The notes under the pieces: model-generated
Seen by the model: only the letters and a program-made list of their open reading frames with translations
The model's database searches: none
Told to the model about the DNA's origin: nothing
Position numbers and translations under genes: made by a program
NCBI GenBank assembly: GCA_038087875.1
Contig: CM075996.1
Span: forward strand, 250,001-314,000
Direction of reading: 5' to 3'
Length of the DNA: 64,000 bases
Origin: Malacoraja senta
Taxonomy: Eukaryota
Shown here: positions 24,181-36,660 of the stretch, in pieces
Position numbering within the stretch: position 1 is the stretch's first letter
Layout of the letters: the number at the start of each line of letters is the position of its first letter

Positions 24181-24711
24181 GTCGAGATCCTACTTCAGAG
24201 TCAGGGAGAGGAAAACGAAAGGGTTAAATAAGTCATTGCCTGCGAAAACACTTGGTAAAGTCTGGAGGACAAGCTTGAAGATCATTCTTTTAGGTGTAGA
24301 GAGTGGTTGGAATTGGAGAATTCATGTAATTTAATATTGAACAAGTCAGTCCATTAGTAAATCTCTAGAGTAGTCCCTCATAACCCTCCAATGATTTTTG
24401 ATTCACTATTAATAAAGCTTGCCTGAAATTACTTGAGCACAAGTTAAATTGGATTACTGAGGAGAATATATGTGCACTTCAAAACAAATCAAGTGTGGAA
24501 CCAGGGGATATAGGTTTAAGGTGAGGGGGGGGAAAGATTTAATAGGAATTTGAGGGGTCACTTTTTCACGCAAAGGGTGGTGGGTGTATGGAATGAGCTG
24601 CCAGAAGAGGTGGTTGAGGCAGGAACTATCGCAACGTTTAAGAAACATTTAGACAGGTACATGGATAGAACAGGTTTAGAGGGGTATGGGCCAAACGCGG
24701 GTAGGTGGGAC

Positions 24712-25315
24712 TCCGCAAGAAATGCTACACTTGTCGCTTTACCTCCCCCCTTGACTCCATTCAAGGACCCAAGCAGCCTTTCCAGGTGCGGCAGAGGTTC
24801 ACCTGCATCTCCTCCAAACTCATCTATTGCTTCCGCTGCTCTAGGTGTCAGCTGCTCTACATCGGTGAGACCAAGCGGAGGCTTGGCGATCGCTTCGCCG
24901 AACACCTCCGCTCGGTTCGCAATAACCAATCTGATCTCCCAGTGGCTCAGCCATTCAACTCCCCCTCCCGTTCTGAATCCGACCTTTCTGTCCTCGGCCT
25001 CCTCCATGGTCAGAGTGAGCACCACCGTAAATTGGAGGAGCAGCACCTCATATTTCGCTTGGGCAGTTTGCACCCCAGCGGTATGAACATTGACTTCTCT
25101 AATTTCAGGTAGTTCTTACTTTCTCCTCCCCTTCTCAGCTCTCCCTCAGCTCACTGGCTCCACCTCTTCCTTTCTTCTTCCCGTTCCCCCCCCCCACCCC
25201 CACCCCCACCCTCACATCAGTCTGAAAAAGGGTTTCGGCCCGAAACGTTGCCTATTTCCTTCGCTCCATAGATGCTGCCTCACCCGTTGAGTTTCGCCAG
25301 CACTTTTGTCTACCT
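24712..25315 (+). mobile_element. Penelope-like element 3' fragment: GIY-YIG endonuclease, 3' UTR and hammerhead-bearing end
   Basis: ORF 24705-25112 reads LIYCFRCSRCQLLYIGETKRRLGDRFAEH...GMNIDF (GIY-YIG with Cys motif). A pyrimidine-rich UTR follows, then CTGAAAAAGGGTTTCGGCCCGAAACGTT at 25222. Confidence 0.85.
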
Positions 25316-25569
25316 TAGATGGGACATGTTGGCTGGTGTGGGCAAGTTGGGCTGAAGGGCTGGATTCCATGCTGTAAGACTCTATGACCTTCCATAAGTT
25401 GATTTCTACAGAAAAAAACACGTGGGATTCACTCCGTGAGTAATGTGCCACGAGGTTGTATCGAGTCTAACGTGGTTTGAGAGGGACAGAAATATTGGAG
25501 CATTGGCAACTAAATCTCTCCAAGAATCTCTCCAAATCTCTCAATAACGTCAGCAATTCACATTGACAC

Positions 25570-26180
25570 TATGACCTTGGTCAGCAAAATGTGCATCACC
25601 GCCAATGAAGTGTTTTTGAAATGGGTGTAAGGTATGAAATGCAGCAAAGGTAGACAAAAGTGCTGGAGAAACTCAGCGGGTGCAGCAGCATCTATGGAGC
25701 GAAGGAAATAGGCAACGTTCAGTCTGAGGAAGGGTTTCGGCCCGAAACGTTGCCTATTTCCTTCGCTCCATAGATGCTGCTGCACCCGCTGAGTTTCTTC
25801 AGCACTTTTGTCTACCTTCGATTTTCCAGCACTTGCTGTTCCTTCTTGAACAATATGAAATGCAGCAGTCGGTTTATTTAACTGCAGAAGCAACACTACT
25901 AACGAGTGAGATTATATTGTTGGGCCATGTGGAATGAGTGATAAATGTTGGCCCAGAGACTTCAAAGAGAGAGCCTTTGTTCGTTGAAGGAGTTGTGAGA
26001 TCTCGTTCACCCATCAGAGGTGGCAGCAGAGTCTTAGCTCAGTGCTTCATCGAAAGACGCCACCTCCAACATTACAGCACTCACTTGGTGACGCACTGAA
26101 AATGGCCGCCTGGGTCACATGGTCAGGTTCCTTGTGTCGGACTGGAATCTACAACCTTCTAACTCCGAGAGATGATTTTT
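25570..26180 (-). mobile_element. Decayed DeuSINE-like ancient SINE
   Basis: Minus strand has GGAGGTGGCGTCTTTCGATGA..., GGCCAACATTTATC and CAAAAACACTTCATTGGC, resembling the Deu-domain SINE consensus as recalled. Confidence 0.5.
25647..25853. mobile_element. Palindromic PLE-end insertion with 14-bp TSD
   Basis: Inverted arms of unequal length; TATGAAATGCAGCA at 25633-25646 and 25854-25867. Confidence 0.85.
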
Positions 26181-27434
26181 GCCAATGTCAACTTATTGAT
26201 GGGTATTGATTGATTAGTTTAGCAACAGAAACATAGAAAATAGGTGCAGGAGTAGGCCATTCGGCCCTTCGAGCCAACAATCGCGGCTGATCATCCAAAA
26301 TCAGTACCCCGTTCCGGCTTTTCCCCCATATCCCATGATTCCCTTAGCCCTGAGAGCTACATCTAACTCTCTCTTGAAATACAGTGTGGAAACAGGCTTA
26401 GAGATACAGCGTGGAAACAGGCCCTTTGGCCCACACTGACCATCGCTCACCCGTTCACACTAGTTCTATGCTATCCCACGTCCCCATCCACTCCCTACAC
26501 ACTAGGGGCAATTTTTGAGAAGCCAATTAACCTACAAACCCGCACATCTTTGGAATGTGGGAGGAAACTGGAGCATCCGAAGGAAACCCATGCGGTCACA
26601 GGGAAAACATGCAAACTCCACATGGACAGCACCCGAGGTCAGAATTGAGCCCAGTTTCAGTTTAGTTTAGAGATATAGCGTAAAACAGGCCCTTCGGCCC
26701 ACCGAGCTCCTGGGAACCGGAGCCCCTGGAGAAAACCCACACAGGTCACGGAGAGAATGTACAAACTCTGTACAGGCAGCTCCCGTAGTCAGGATGGAAC
26801 CCGGGTCTCTGGTGCTGTGAGGCAGCAACTCTACCAGCTGTGTGGCCTAAGGGCGATCAACAACTCCATTGTGTTATGTCAAGCACAGCCAAGACAGGGA
26901 GCTGAACATGATGAATCATTTTCTTTATTCATTGGTCTAAATTATTGATGCCAAGAGCTGAATCTCACCTCTCAAATGCTCTCCACAAATCACCATCACA
27001 TCAGTCTTTCTTTTAGTTCAGGTTTGTTTAGAGATACAGCGTGGAAACAGGCTCTTCGGCCCACTGAGTCCACGCCGACCAGCGATCGCCCCGCACACCA
27101 GTTCCATCCTACACACCAGGGGCAAGTTACAGAAGCCAATTAATCTACAAACCCGCACGTCTTTGGGATGTGGGAGGAAACCGGAGCACCCGGAGGAAAC
27201 CCACGCGGTCACAGGGAATATGTACAAACTCGGTACAGACAGCAGCCGTAGTCAGGATCTCTGGTTTTGTGAGGCAGAAACTCTACCGCTGCGTCACCGT
27301 GTTGCCCTGATGGCTTCTATTTAATGGTGCAGTGAACCTGGTGAATCATCTCAAACGTGGTCAGAATGTTGCACGTGGAATCATCGGGAAAAGGCATAAG
27401 AAGTGGGCATCTTTGGCAAGGCCCATCCTTAAAT

Positions 27435-28072
27435 ACATAGAAACATAGAAAATAGGTGCAGGAGTAGGCCATTCGGCCCTTTGAGCCTGCACCGCCATTC
27501 AATATGTTCATGGCTGATCATCCAACTCAGTATCCTGTACCTGCCTTCTCTCCATACCCCCTGATCCCTTTAGCCACAAGGGCCACATCTAACTCCCTCT
27601 TAAATATAGCCAATGAACTGGCCTCAACTACCTTCTGTGGCAGAGAATTCCACAGATTCACCACTCTCTGTGTGAAAAATGTTTTTCTCATCTCGGTCCT
27701 AAAAGATTTCCCCCTTATCCTTAAACTGTGACCCCTTGTTCTGGACTTCCCCAACATCGGGAACAATCTTCCTGCATCTAGCCTGCCCAACCCCTTAAGA
27801 ATCTTGTAAGTTTCTATAAGATCCCCCCTCAATCATCTAAATTCTAGCGAGTACAAGCCGAGTCTATCCAGTCTTTCTTCATATGAAAGTCCTGACATCC
27901 CAGGAATCAGTCTGGTGAACCTTCTCTGTACTCCCTCTATGGCAAGAATGTCTTTCCTCAGATTAGGAGACTAAAACTGTATGCAATACTCCAGGTGTGG
28001 TCTCACCAAGACCCTGTACAACTGCAGTAGAACCTCCCTGCTCCTATACTCAAGTCCTTTTGCTATGAATGC
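27435..28072 (-). mobile_element. CR1-clade LINE 3' fragment
   Basis: ORF 27527-27832 MRGDLIETYKIL..TRGHSL..FFTQRVVNLWNSLP; (CTATGTTT)n tail. Confidence 0.88.
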
Positions 28073-28402
28073 CTTGAACTATGTGGATGGGCTGGTCCAC
28101 ATCTGATGGGAGTTAACTGCACTCTGATGGATCTGGAGAAACATGTGTGTCAGACATGGCAAGAAAATGTGGGCAGCACGGTGGCGATAGAGTTGCTGCC
28201 TCATAGCGCCAGAGACCCAGGTCCGAACCAGACTACGGATGCCATCTGTATGGAGTTCGTACCTTCGCCCTGGGACCGCATGGGTTTTCTCTGGGTGCTC
28301 CAGTTTCCTCCCATCCTCCAAAGACGTACGGCTTTGTAGGTCAACTAGCTTTGGAAAACTTGTACCTTGTCCCTAGTGTGTAAGAGAGTGCTAATGTACG
28401 GG

Positions 28403-28664
28403 GTAGACGGAAATGCTGGAGAAACTCAGCGGGTGAGGCAGCTTCTATGGAGCAAAGGAATAGGTGACATTTCGGGTCGAAACCCTTCTTCAGACTGAAG
28501 AAGGGTCTCGACCCGAAACACCACCTATTCTTCAGACTGAAGAAGGGTCTCAAACCGAAACGTCACCTATTTCCTTCGCTCCATAGATGCTGCCTCACCC
28601 GCTGAGTTTCTCCAGCATTTTTGTCTACCTTCGATTTTTCCAGCATCTGCAGTTCTTTCTTAAA
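28403..28664. mobile_element. Palindromic PLE-end insertion inside a SINE, with duplicated hammerhead core
   Basis: CTAATGTACGGG is duplicated at both ends; cores at about 28466 (-), 28495 (+) and 28536 (+). Confidence 0.8.
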
Positions 28665-29171
28665 CTAATGTACGGGGTGATCGCTGGTCGGCGTGGGCTG
28701 AAGTGCCTGTTTCCGCGCTGGATCTCTATTACTACCACCACTGCGCACTGGTGAACCAGTTGGTTTTTGATCCGAATCGTTCAATGTTATTCTTACTAAT
28801 TCCAGTTTTTTATTCCTGATATATTTAATTATCAGAATGTAAACTCCAGACCTGCTGCAGTGGTTTCAGGAGTTGTATCTCTTGATCATTCGACGAAACC
28901 CTGGATTAGTAGTCCAGTCACATTACCACCTGCTACTCTGCTAATCCTTAGACACGGTGGGGGGCACATGGTGCTAGGGCGGAACGGTGGCACAGCGGGT
29001 AGAGCTGCTGCCTCACAGCGCCAGAGTCCCGGGTTCGATCCCGACCTTGGGTGCTGTCGGTGTGGAGTTTGCACGTTCTCTCTGAGATCGGGTGCTCCGG
29101 TTTCCTCCCACATCCCAAAGATGGGCGAGTTTGTAGCTTAATTGGCCTCTGTAAAATTCCCCATCATATGT

Positions 29172-29386
29172 TTTTTTTTTTTTTTTTTTCTTTCCGTAAA
29201 TTTTTTTTAATTCGATTTTTAAACAAATGTACAATTTACAAGGGAGAGTAGAAAGCTCACACAATTTTAAAAACACTTAAACAAAATTATCAAATTAAAA
29301 TATTAACATTTTAATCTATAATATATTCAACCTCCTGCGGTGACCAGCGTTCACAGAAGGCCTCCACAGTCCCCATGGACACCGCG
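29172..29386 (-). mobile_element. L1/Tx1-type LINE 3' end with poly(A) tail, inside a SINE
   Basis: Poly-T on plus; ORF end GTVEAFCERWSPQEVEYIID-stop; near-perfect TSD CCCCAT(C/A)ATATGTT. Confidence 0.6.
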
Positions 29387-29562
29387 CCCCATAATATGTT
29401 GGGAGTGAGGGAACTGGTGTGACCGGGTGATCGATGGACAGCATGTACTCGGTGGGCTGAAGGGCCTGCTTCCATGCTGTATCTCTAAACTAAATTAAAA
29501 TATGCTTTAACTCTGGAAGAGTGGGTGTTAGAGTTTAAATAGTGGACTTTTGTTCAAATAAA

Positions 29563-29870
29563 AGGCGCAGCGGCAGAGTTGCTGCCTTACAGTGAATGCA
29601 GCACCGGAGACCCGGGTTCGGTCCCGACTACGGGTGCTGTCTGTACGGAGTTTGTACGTTCTCCCCGTGACCTGCGTGGGTTTTCTCCGACCTCTTCGGT
29701 TTCCTCCCACGCTCCAAAGACGTACAGGTTTGTAGGTTAATTGGCTTGGTGAATGTAAAAATTGTCCTTAGTGGGTATAGGATGGTGTTAATGTGCGGGG
29801 ATCGCTGGTCGGCACGGTCCCGGTGGGCCGAAAGGGCCAGTTTCCGCGCTGTATCTCTAACCTAAACTGA
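29563..29870 (+). mobile_element. V-SINE (HE1-like)
   Basis: Same organisation, slightly 5'-truncated. Confidence 0.78.
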
Positions 29871-29991
29871 CTATGATAAATTTCATGATAGTACATTAGT
29901 CAGATACATGTTCAGTGAAGTCAAGTGAATATGTCTTGTTGCTTTAGCTATGCACATCTTGAAAAGTCATCCAGCTTCAGATTATTCTGAA

Positions 29992-30149
29992 GACAGACAC
30001 AAAATGCTGGAGTAACTCAGTGGGACAGGCAGCATCTCTGGAGTCTGAAAAAAGGTCTCGACCCGAAACGTCATCCATTCCTTCTGCCTGAAGATGCTGC
30101 CTGTCCCGCTGAGTTACTCCAGCATTTTATGTCTATCTTCCAGCATCTC
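29992..30149. mobile_element. Palindromic PLE-end insertion with 14-bp TSD
   Basis: CAGATTATTCTGAA at 29978-29991 and 30150-30163. Confidence 0.8.
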
Positions 30150-31217
30150 CAGATTATTCTGAACGTGGTATGAAAGGTGGATCAAGTGATTATTTGAAGC
30201 AATTTCCTTTTTGCTTAAAATCGGTCAAGTAGGTGATTTATCTGTTCCTGGGCCCTTAATGATGAGTTGGGAGAGGCCAGCGAATTTGGCAAGCTTGCCA
30301 ATTGGATGTATTTTGATATGTAGGGGTGTTAGGGGTTATGGGGAGTAGGCAGAAGAATGGGGTTGAGAGGGAGAGATAGATCAGCCATGATAGAATGGCA
30401 GCTTAGACTCGATGGGCCGAATGTCCTCATTCTGTCCCTATCACTTATGAACCTATGGATGTAGAAACAAAGAACTGCAGATGCTGGCTAATGCACAAAT
30501 GGACACAGAGTGCTGGAGTAACTCAGCGGGTCAGGCAGCATCTCTGGAGAACATGGATAGGTGATATTTCAGGTCGAGACTCTTTTCAGATTGCGGTAAC
30601 CAGACCATTTAGCCCATTGGCCTCGACATACTATGGGGAATTTTACCGAGGCCAATTAAGCTACAAACCCGCCCGTCTTTGGGATGTGGGAGGAAGCCGG
30701 AGCACCCGGTCTCGGAGAGAACGTGCAAACTCCACACAGACAGCACCCAAGGTCGGGATCGCGGTCGGCGGTCGATGAGAGCGAGGGGGAACCGCCATGA
30801 GGGGGGAGGGGGGGAGAACAAGGAGTAGGTGGCCGCTATTTGTATACAAGCAAAGAATGTCACTGTGCCTTGTCACATATCACAATAAAGTTTGACATTC
30901 CATTCCAACGTTCAGACACCATGTTCCGGGTTGGGATCCTTCTTCAGATTGAAGACCTCCCCCGCATCTCTCACCCCCCGCGGCTCCACAATCTACAACC
31001 CGTGAAATCTGTCTCACACCTGCTGTTCTTATCTCTGGCCTTTGTTCCAACCATCTGTCTGTCGAAGGATCTCCGTTCGCCTGTGTCGACCTATTACCAG
31101 CCTCCAGCTTTCTTCTCTCTCCCTACAATCGGTCCGAAGAAGGGTCCCGACTCGAAACGCCACGTACCCATATTCTCCAAAGATGTTGCCTGACCTGCTG
31201 AGTTACTCCAGTAGGAT

Positions 31218-31540
31218 TTTAGTTTAGTTTAGTTATAGAGGTACAGCGCCGAAACAGGCCCTTCGGCCCACCGGGTCCGTGCCGACCAGCGTTCCCCCCG
31301 CACACTAACACTATCCTACACACAATAGGTACAATTTTTTTAACATTTTACCAAAGCCAATTTACCTACAAACCTGTACGTCTTTGGAGAGCGGGAGGAA
31401 ACCGAAGATCTCTGAGAAAACCCAGGGAGGTCGCGGGGGAGAAGGTACAAACTCCGTGCAGACAAGCACCCTAGTCGGGATCGAACCCGGGTCTCTGGCG
31501 CTGTGAGGCAGCGACTCTACCCGCTGCACCATCATGCGGC
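31218..31540 (-). mobile_element. V-SINE (HE1-like)
   Basis: Reverse-complement copy. Confidence 0.78.
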
Positions 31541-32133
31541 CCGGTGGGTGGGGAATCGACCCTGCGGTGTCCCGAAGCGTGGGACGATGAAGTGAAATCG
31601 AGCGGAAGCTCTCAGGGGCGAGGACAACGTCCCGGCAACCGATGGCAAAACCGAGGACACCCTCCTCCCTCCTTCCCCGAGCATCGTGACATGTATTAGT
31701 CACACAAACAGGGAAGTGATCAGATTACAAAATGCGTCCAATTTGCCTGTCGACAGCCAGCAAGCTGGAACAGCAGTGAAGGTAATTGATGAACTTGCGG
31801 CCGGCCTGTCTGATGTGTTAAGTGATAAATCCAGCCGTCTGAAGCTTCAGTGATTGCAGGCGTGAAGAAGGTGTGATGTTTTCAATGGAAGTCGACATCC
31901 TTGGCTTATAACAGTGACTATTCTTTAACGGTACGTCACGGTCTGCAACACACTGAACTCGTGCATATATATATACGTGAATTTTGAGAAGGCTCCGCTC
32001 CTTCAACGTCTGCAGTGAGATGCTGCAGATGTTCTACCAATCGGTGGTAGCCAGTGCCAAGTTCTTCACTGCCATGTGCTGGGGCAGCGGGGCGAAGGCC
32101 TCGGACGCCAACAGGACCAACAAACTCATCAGG

Positions 32134-32543
32134 TCGGTCCGCAATAACCAACCTGAACTCCCGGTGGCTCAGCACTTCAACTCCCCCTCCCATTCCGTAT
32201 CTGACCTCTCTGTCCTGGGTCTCCTCCATGGCCACAGCGAGCAACACCGTAAATTGGAGGAAATGCACCTCATATTCCGCTTGGGCAGTCTACATCCTGG
32301 GGGTTTGAACATTGAATTCTCCCAATTCTGCTAGCCCTTGCTGTCCCCTCCCCTTCATCAGCCCTCTGGTTGTCTCCTCCCCTCCCCCAGCCCTCGGGCT
32401 CCTCCTCCGCCTTTTTCTATTTTTCCTTTCTTCTCCCCACCCCCTATCAGTCTGAAGAAGGGTTTCGGCCCGAAACGTTACCTATTTCCTTCGCTCCATA
32501 GATGCTGCTGCACCCGCTGAGTTTCTCCAGCATTTTTGTGTAC
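32134..32543 (+). mobile_element. Penelope-like 3' fragment inserted in a Rex1 fragment, 13-bp TSD
   Basis: CAAACTCATCAGG is duplicated at 32121-32133 and 32544-32556. Contains the GIY-YIG C-terminal coding part and a hammerhead core at 32452. Confidence 0.8.
32452..32479 (+). ncRNA. Minimal hammerhead ribozyme core, second subfamily
   Basis: CTGAAGAAGGGTTTCGGCCCGAAACGTT downstream of the GIY-YIG remnant. Confidence 0.6.
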
Positions 32544-33724
32544 CAAACTCATCAGGAAGGCTGGCTCCGTCCTGGGGGCGGAGTTGGAGTTGGATTCATG
32601 GGAGGTTGGTCTTGGCGGGGAGGATGTTCCTCAAACTGCGGAGCATCCTGGACAATCCAGCTCACCCCCTCCACGACACACACTGGTCAACCTGAGGAGC
32701 ACCTTCAGCAACAGACTGGTTCCACCAAGATGCAGCGCAGAACGCCACAGGAGATCCTTCTTCCCTGTGGCTATCAAACTGTACAACTCCTCCCCCTTCT
32801 GTCGTGGGGTAGGCTGACTCCCATCCTGGGATAAATAAAGTTCTATCATATCGTATTTTATCGATTTTTCTTTTATCATGCACTGGATTGAAAGCGTGTC
32901 TGTGTGGGCACTTGGATCGAGCTGCCAGGGGTGTGGGCGCTTGGATCGAGCTGCCAGGGGTGGTGGCGGAGACAGAGGATAGTGGTGTTTAAGAGGCTTT
33001 TGGATAGGCACATAGATGGTAAGGGTGGTGAATCTGTGGAACTCATCGCCACAGAAGGCTGTGGAGGCCAAGAGTGAATATTTTTAAGGCAGGGATAGAT
33101 AGAATCTCGGTTAGTACGGGTGTCAGGGGCTATGGGGAGAAGGCAGGAGAATAGGGTTAGGAGGGAGAGATAGATCAGCCACGATTGAAGGAGGAAGAGG
33201 TAGATCAGCCATGATTGAATGGTGGAGTAGACTTGATGGGCCGAATGGTCTAATTCTACACCTATCACTTATAACCTTAATATTTGAGTTGTGGCCTTGG
33301 CAATGTCTCAACGCTGTTATATTCTAAGCCTCAGCTAATGAAGACAAGCAACGAGTATGCCTTGTCCACCAGCCCATCTACCTATGCTGTCCCCTTCGGA
33401 GATCCGTGGTCTTCCACAGAAAGGTTCCTCAAGACTTCTCTCAAGCCTATCGTTCATCATGTATGTCCAATCTGCCTTGGATCGTCCAAAATGCATCACT
33501 TCATATTAGTCGGGATTAAGACCCACCTCCGTTACCCTGCCTAATTTACAACTGATCAATACTTTTGAAGATTAGGCATCCGCAGTCGGGATCGAACCCG
33601 GGTCTCCGGCGCTGCAAGCGCTGTGAGGCAGCGACTCTACCGCTACGCCATCGTGCCGCCATGTGTCTTCTGACACATCGACGCCTTCCATCCATTTACC
33701 AGGCATTGGTCAGGACGGTGATGG

Positions 33725-34017
33725 TGTAGCGCCACCTGGTGGTTAGGCCACTCTTGCTATGCGAATCCTCGGCATCATGGGAAGGAGTCACGGGATATAG
33801 GGGCGTGCCCTAGTGTATAAGAACCGACCTTCCCTCTCTCTTCCTCTTCCTCTTCCTCTCTCTTCATGAGAGTGTCCTGCCACCTCAGCAGGAGCTCAAC
33901 TCGAGCCCACGAGGCAACAACATTGACTATTATGTTAGAGTGTTAAACGTGCATGTATATCTAACCTGCAATGCCTGAATAAAGAATCCATTTATTCACC
34001 ACGTTTGTGCCTCTACA
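33725..34017 (+). mobile_element. Solo LTR (Gypsy-like)
   Basis: TGTAG...CTACA termini, TATAAG box, CT-rich tract, AATAAA at 33978; flanks ATGG/ATTG (3 of 4 match). Confidence 0.7.
33727..33745 (-). promoter_or_regulatory. CTCF-like binding motif at the LTR 5' end
   Basis: Minus strand reads TAACCACCAGGTGGCGCTA, matching the CCASYAGRKGGCRS core. Confidence 0.5.
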
Positions 34018-35416
34018 ATTGAATAGTCTACACTTGCTTGGATGAATGCAGTTCCAACTAAGCTTGGCACCACTCAGGATAAGACAGGTTGCTTTTTTTA
34101 ACAAGGTTTCACTGCCTCGCCCACTGGCTGTGACGTTTACCATCTACAAAACGCACAACAGCAAACTCAGCGAGGCTTTTTCAGCAACCCTTCACAAACG
34201 GTGATCTTTAGCACTTTGCATGGGCAAGGGCTGTGGCAAAACACTGTCACCTGCAAATTCCAATGCGGACCGCTCGGTTGTAATCACGTATTGTCTTTCC
34301 GCGGGCTGGTTAGCACGCAACTAACGCTCTCCCACTGTACCTCGGTACACGTGGCAAGAGACTAAACTAAACTAAACCACAGTTTAAGAATAAGGGGTAA
34401 GCCATTAAGAACGGAGACGAGGAAACACTTTTTCTCACAGAGAGTGGTGAGTCTGTGGAATTCGCTGCCTCAGAGGGCAGTGGAGGCAGGTTCTCTGGAA
34501 GCTTTCAAGAGAGAGTTAGATAGAGCTCTTAAGGATAGAGGATATGGGGAGAAGGCAGGAACAGGGTACTGATTGGGGATGATCAGCCATGATCACATTG
34601 AATGGCGATGCTGGCTCGAAGAGCCGAATGGCCTACTCCTGCACCTATTGTCTATTGTCTATTGCCTAAACTCTCCTCGTCACACACCACAGTCTCCTTG
34701 GAGCGCAGGAGGATGAGGAGTGATCTTTTAGAGGTGTTTAAGATCATGAGAGGAATAAATCGCATAAAGGCACAGAGTCTTTTGCCCAGAGTCAGGGAGT
34801 TGAGAACCAGTGGACATAGGTTTAAGTTGAGGGGGAAAAGATTTCATCGGAACCTGAGGGGTAACTTTTTCGTACAATTGGCAGTGGGTGGGTATATGGA
34901 ACGAGCTGCCGGAGGAGATAGTTGAGACAGGCACTATCACAACATTTAAGATACAATTGCATGGGTACATGGTTTAGAGGGATATGGGCCAAGGGATAGG
35001 TTTAGAGGGATATGGGCCCAGCGCGGCAGGTAGATCTAGTGTGGATGGGGCATGTTGGTCGGCGTTGGGCCGAAGGGCCTGTTTCCACGCTGTATGACCC
35101 TATGACTAGTCCTTCGTCACTGCTGAGTCTAAAATCTGGAATTCTCCACCAAACACCACACTGGGAACACTATCTGAAGAAGGGTCTCGACCCAAAACGT
35201 CACCTATTCATTCGCTCCATAGATGCTGCCTCACCCGCTGAGTTTCTCCAGCATTTTTGCCTACCTTAGATTTTTCCAGCATCTGCAATTCTTTCTTAAA
35301 CACTGGTTAACATAATAAGTTCAAAGGTTCATAAGCGATAGGAGCAGAATGAGGCCATCCGGCCCATTAAGTCTACTCCGCCATTCAATCATGGCTGATC
35401 TATCTCTCCCTCCTAA

Positions 35417-35731
35417 AGGGCCTGTCCAAATGTGCGAGGTAATTCAAGAACTCTCCCGAGTTTAAAAAAAAAGCAAACTCATGGTAAGCACGTAGAATGT
35501 ACGTAGCGGGTACGTCGGAGCTCGGGACGTCTCTTAGCGGCTCGTAACGCTAACGGCAGGTACTCGGGAAACGCGGTAACCTCGGGAAGACTCGTGAAGA
35601 TTTTTCAACGTTGAAAAATGTCCACGAGAGCCTCGAGTACCTACGAGCGGCCATTACCGTAATTCTCTGAGTTCGAATCAGGGGAAACTCGGGAGAACTC
35701 TTGAATTAGCTGGTACAGTGGGACAGCCCCT
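35417..35731. mobile_element. PIF/Harbinger-type MITE in a CR1 3' end
   Basis: Degenerate TIRs, TSD TAA; host sequence CTCCTAACCCCATT is restored on removal. Confidence 0.8.
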
Positions 35732-36422
35732 TAACCCCATTCTCCTGCCTTCTCCTCATAAAACCCTGACAACTTCACACCACAGGGGCGTCATGTTTGG
35801 ACTCATCACCTTCTCGACGGCAATTACGGAAGGGAAATAAATGTTGGTTTTGTCAGCAAAGGCCGTGTCCAACAAATGAATTAAAAGACGTAGCCATGGA
35901 TGGATAATTTAATTCCCTCATTCTCTGCTTGAGGAACTCCTCACTGCATTTGCCAGGAAACGACTGCAGCTGATAGATGAAAACAACTCGCTGGCTGCCA
36001 AATGCTTTACCACGTCCCAGCCATGTATCACTGTGCTGCCTGACTACAAGCTCATCCTGTAACATATGGCTGTTTGATGCACGATGGCTTTAACAGGCTG
36101 CCCACGCAAAGACTCCAAACGCCGTCACTCAGACGAAGGCTTCTGCCTTGGATTTTCATTTTCAATAATAAAAGCACGGCGGGAACTCCCGTGAAACAAG
36201 AATCAGCGCACTAAAAAACCCTGGCCTTCCTGGATTTTGTGACATCTTACGTCGCTATCCAAATTGTCCCATCGCTCTCAAGGATTTGGGATGTGAATTC
36301 TTCTCCTTATAATGACAGCCATTCAGCCCATCCAGGCCATGCCAGGTGCCAAGGGCCAATCTCGTCACATCCATTCCCTCTCTCGTTATTTAGTTTAGAG
36401 ATACAGCGCGGAAACAGGCCCA

Positions 36423-36660
36423 AGGGCCTGTCCCACTTTCACGACTTAATTCACGACCTCTGCCGAGTTTGCCCTTGACTCATACTCGCAGCATGGTCGT
36501 CAGGAGGTCGTAGGAGGTCGTAGGTAGGTCGTAGCAGGCCGTGATGCTAGTCGTAGGGTCCTCGTGGCATCAAGTAGGTCGGGGCGTTTTTCTAGCCTGA
36601 TGAAAAATGTCCACGAGTAAAAAAGGTCGTGAATTAAGTCGTGAAAGTGGGACAGGCCCT
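36423..36660. mobile_element. PIF/Harbinger-type MITE in a SINE tail
   Basis: Long TIR AGGGCCTGTCCCACTTTCACGACTTAATTCACGACC. Confidence 0.85.

Larger units (their letters stand above)
31975..32860 (+). mobile_element. Rex1-type LINE 3' fragment (contains the PLE insertion)
   Basis: LRRLRSFNVCSEMLQMFYQSVVAS... and ...RHRRSFFPVAIKLYN; AATAAA and a short-repeat tail. Confidence 0.75.
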
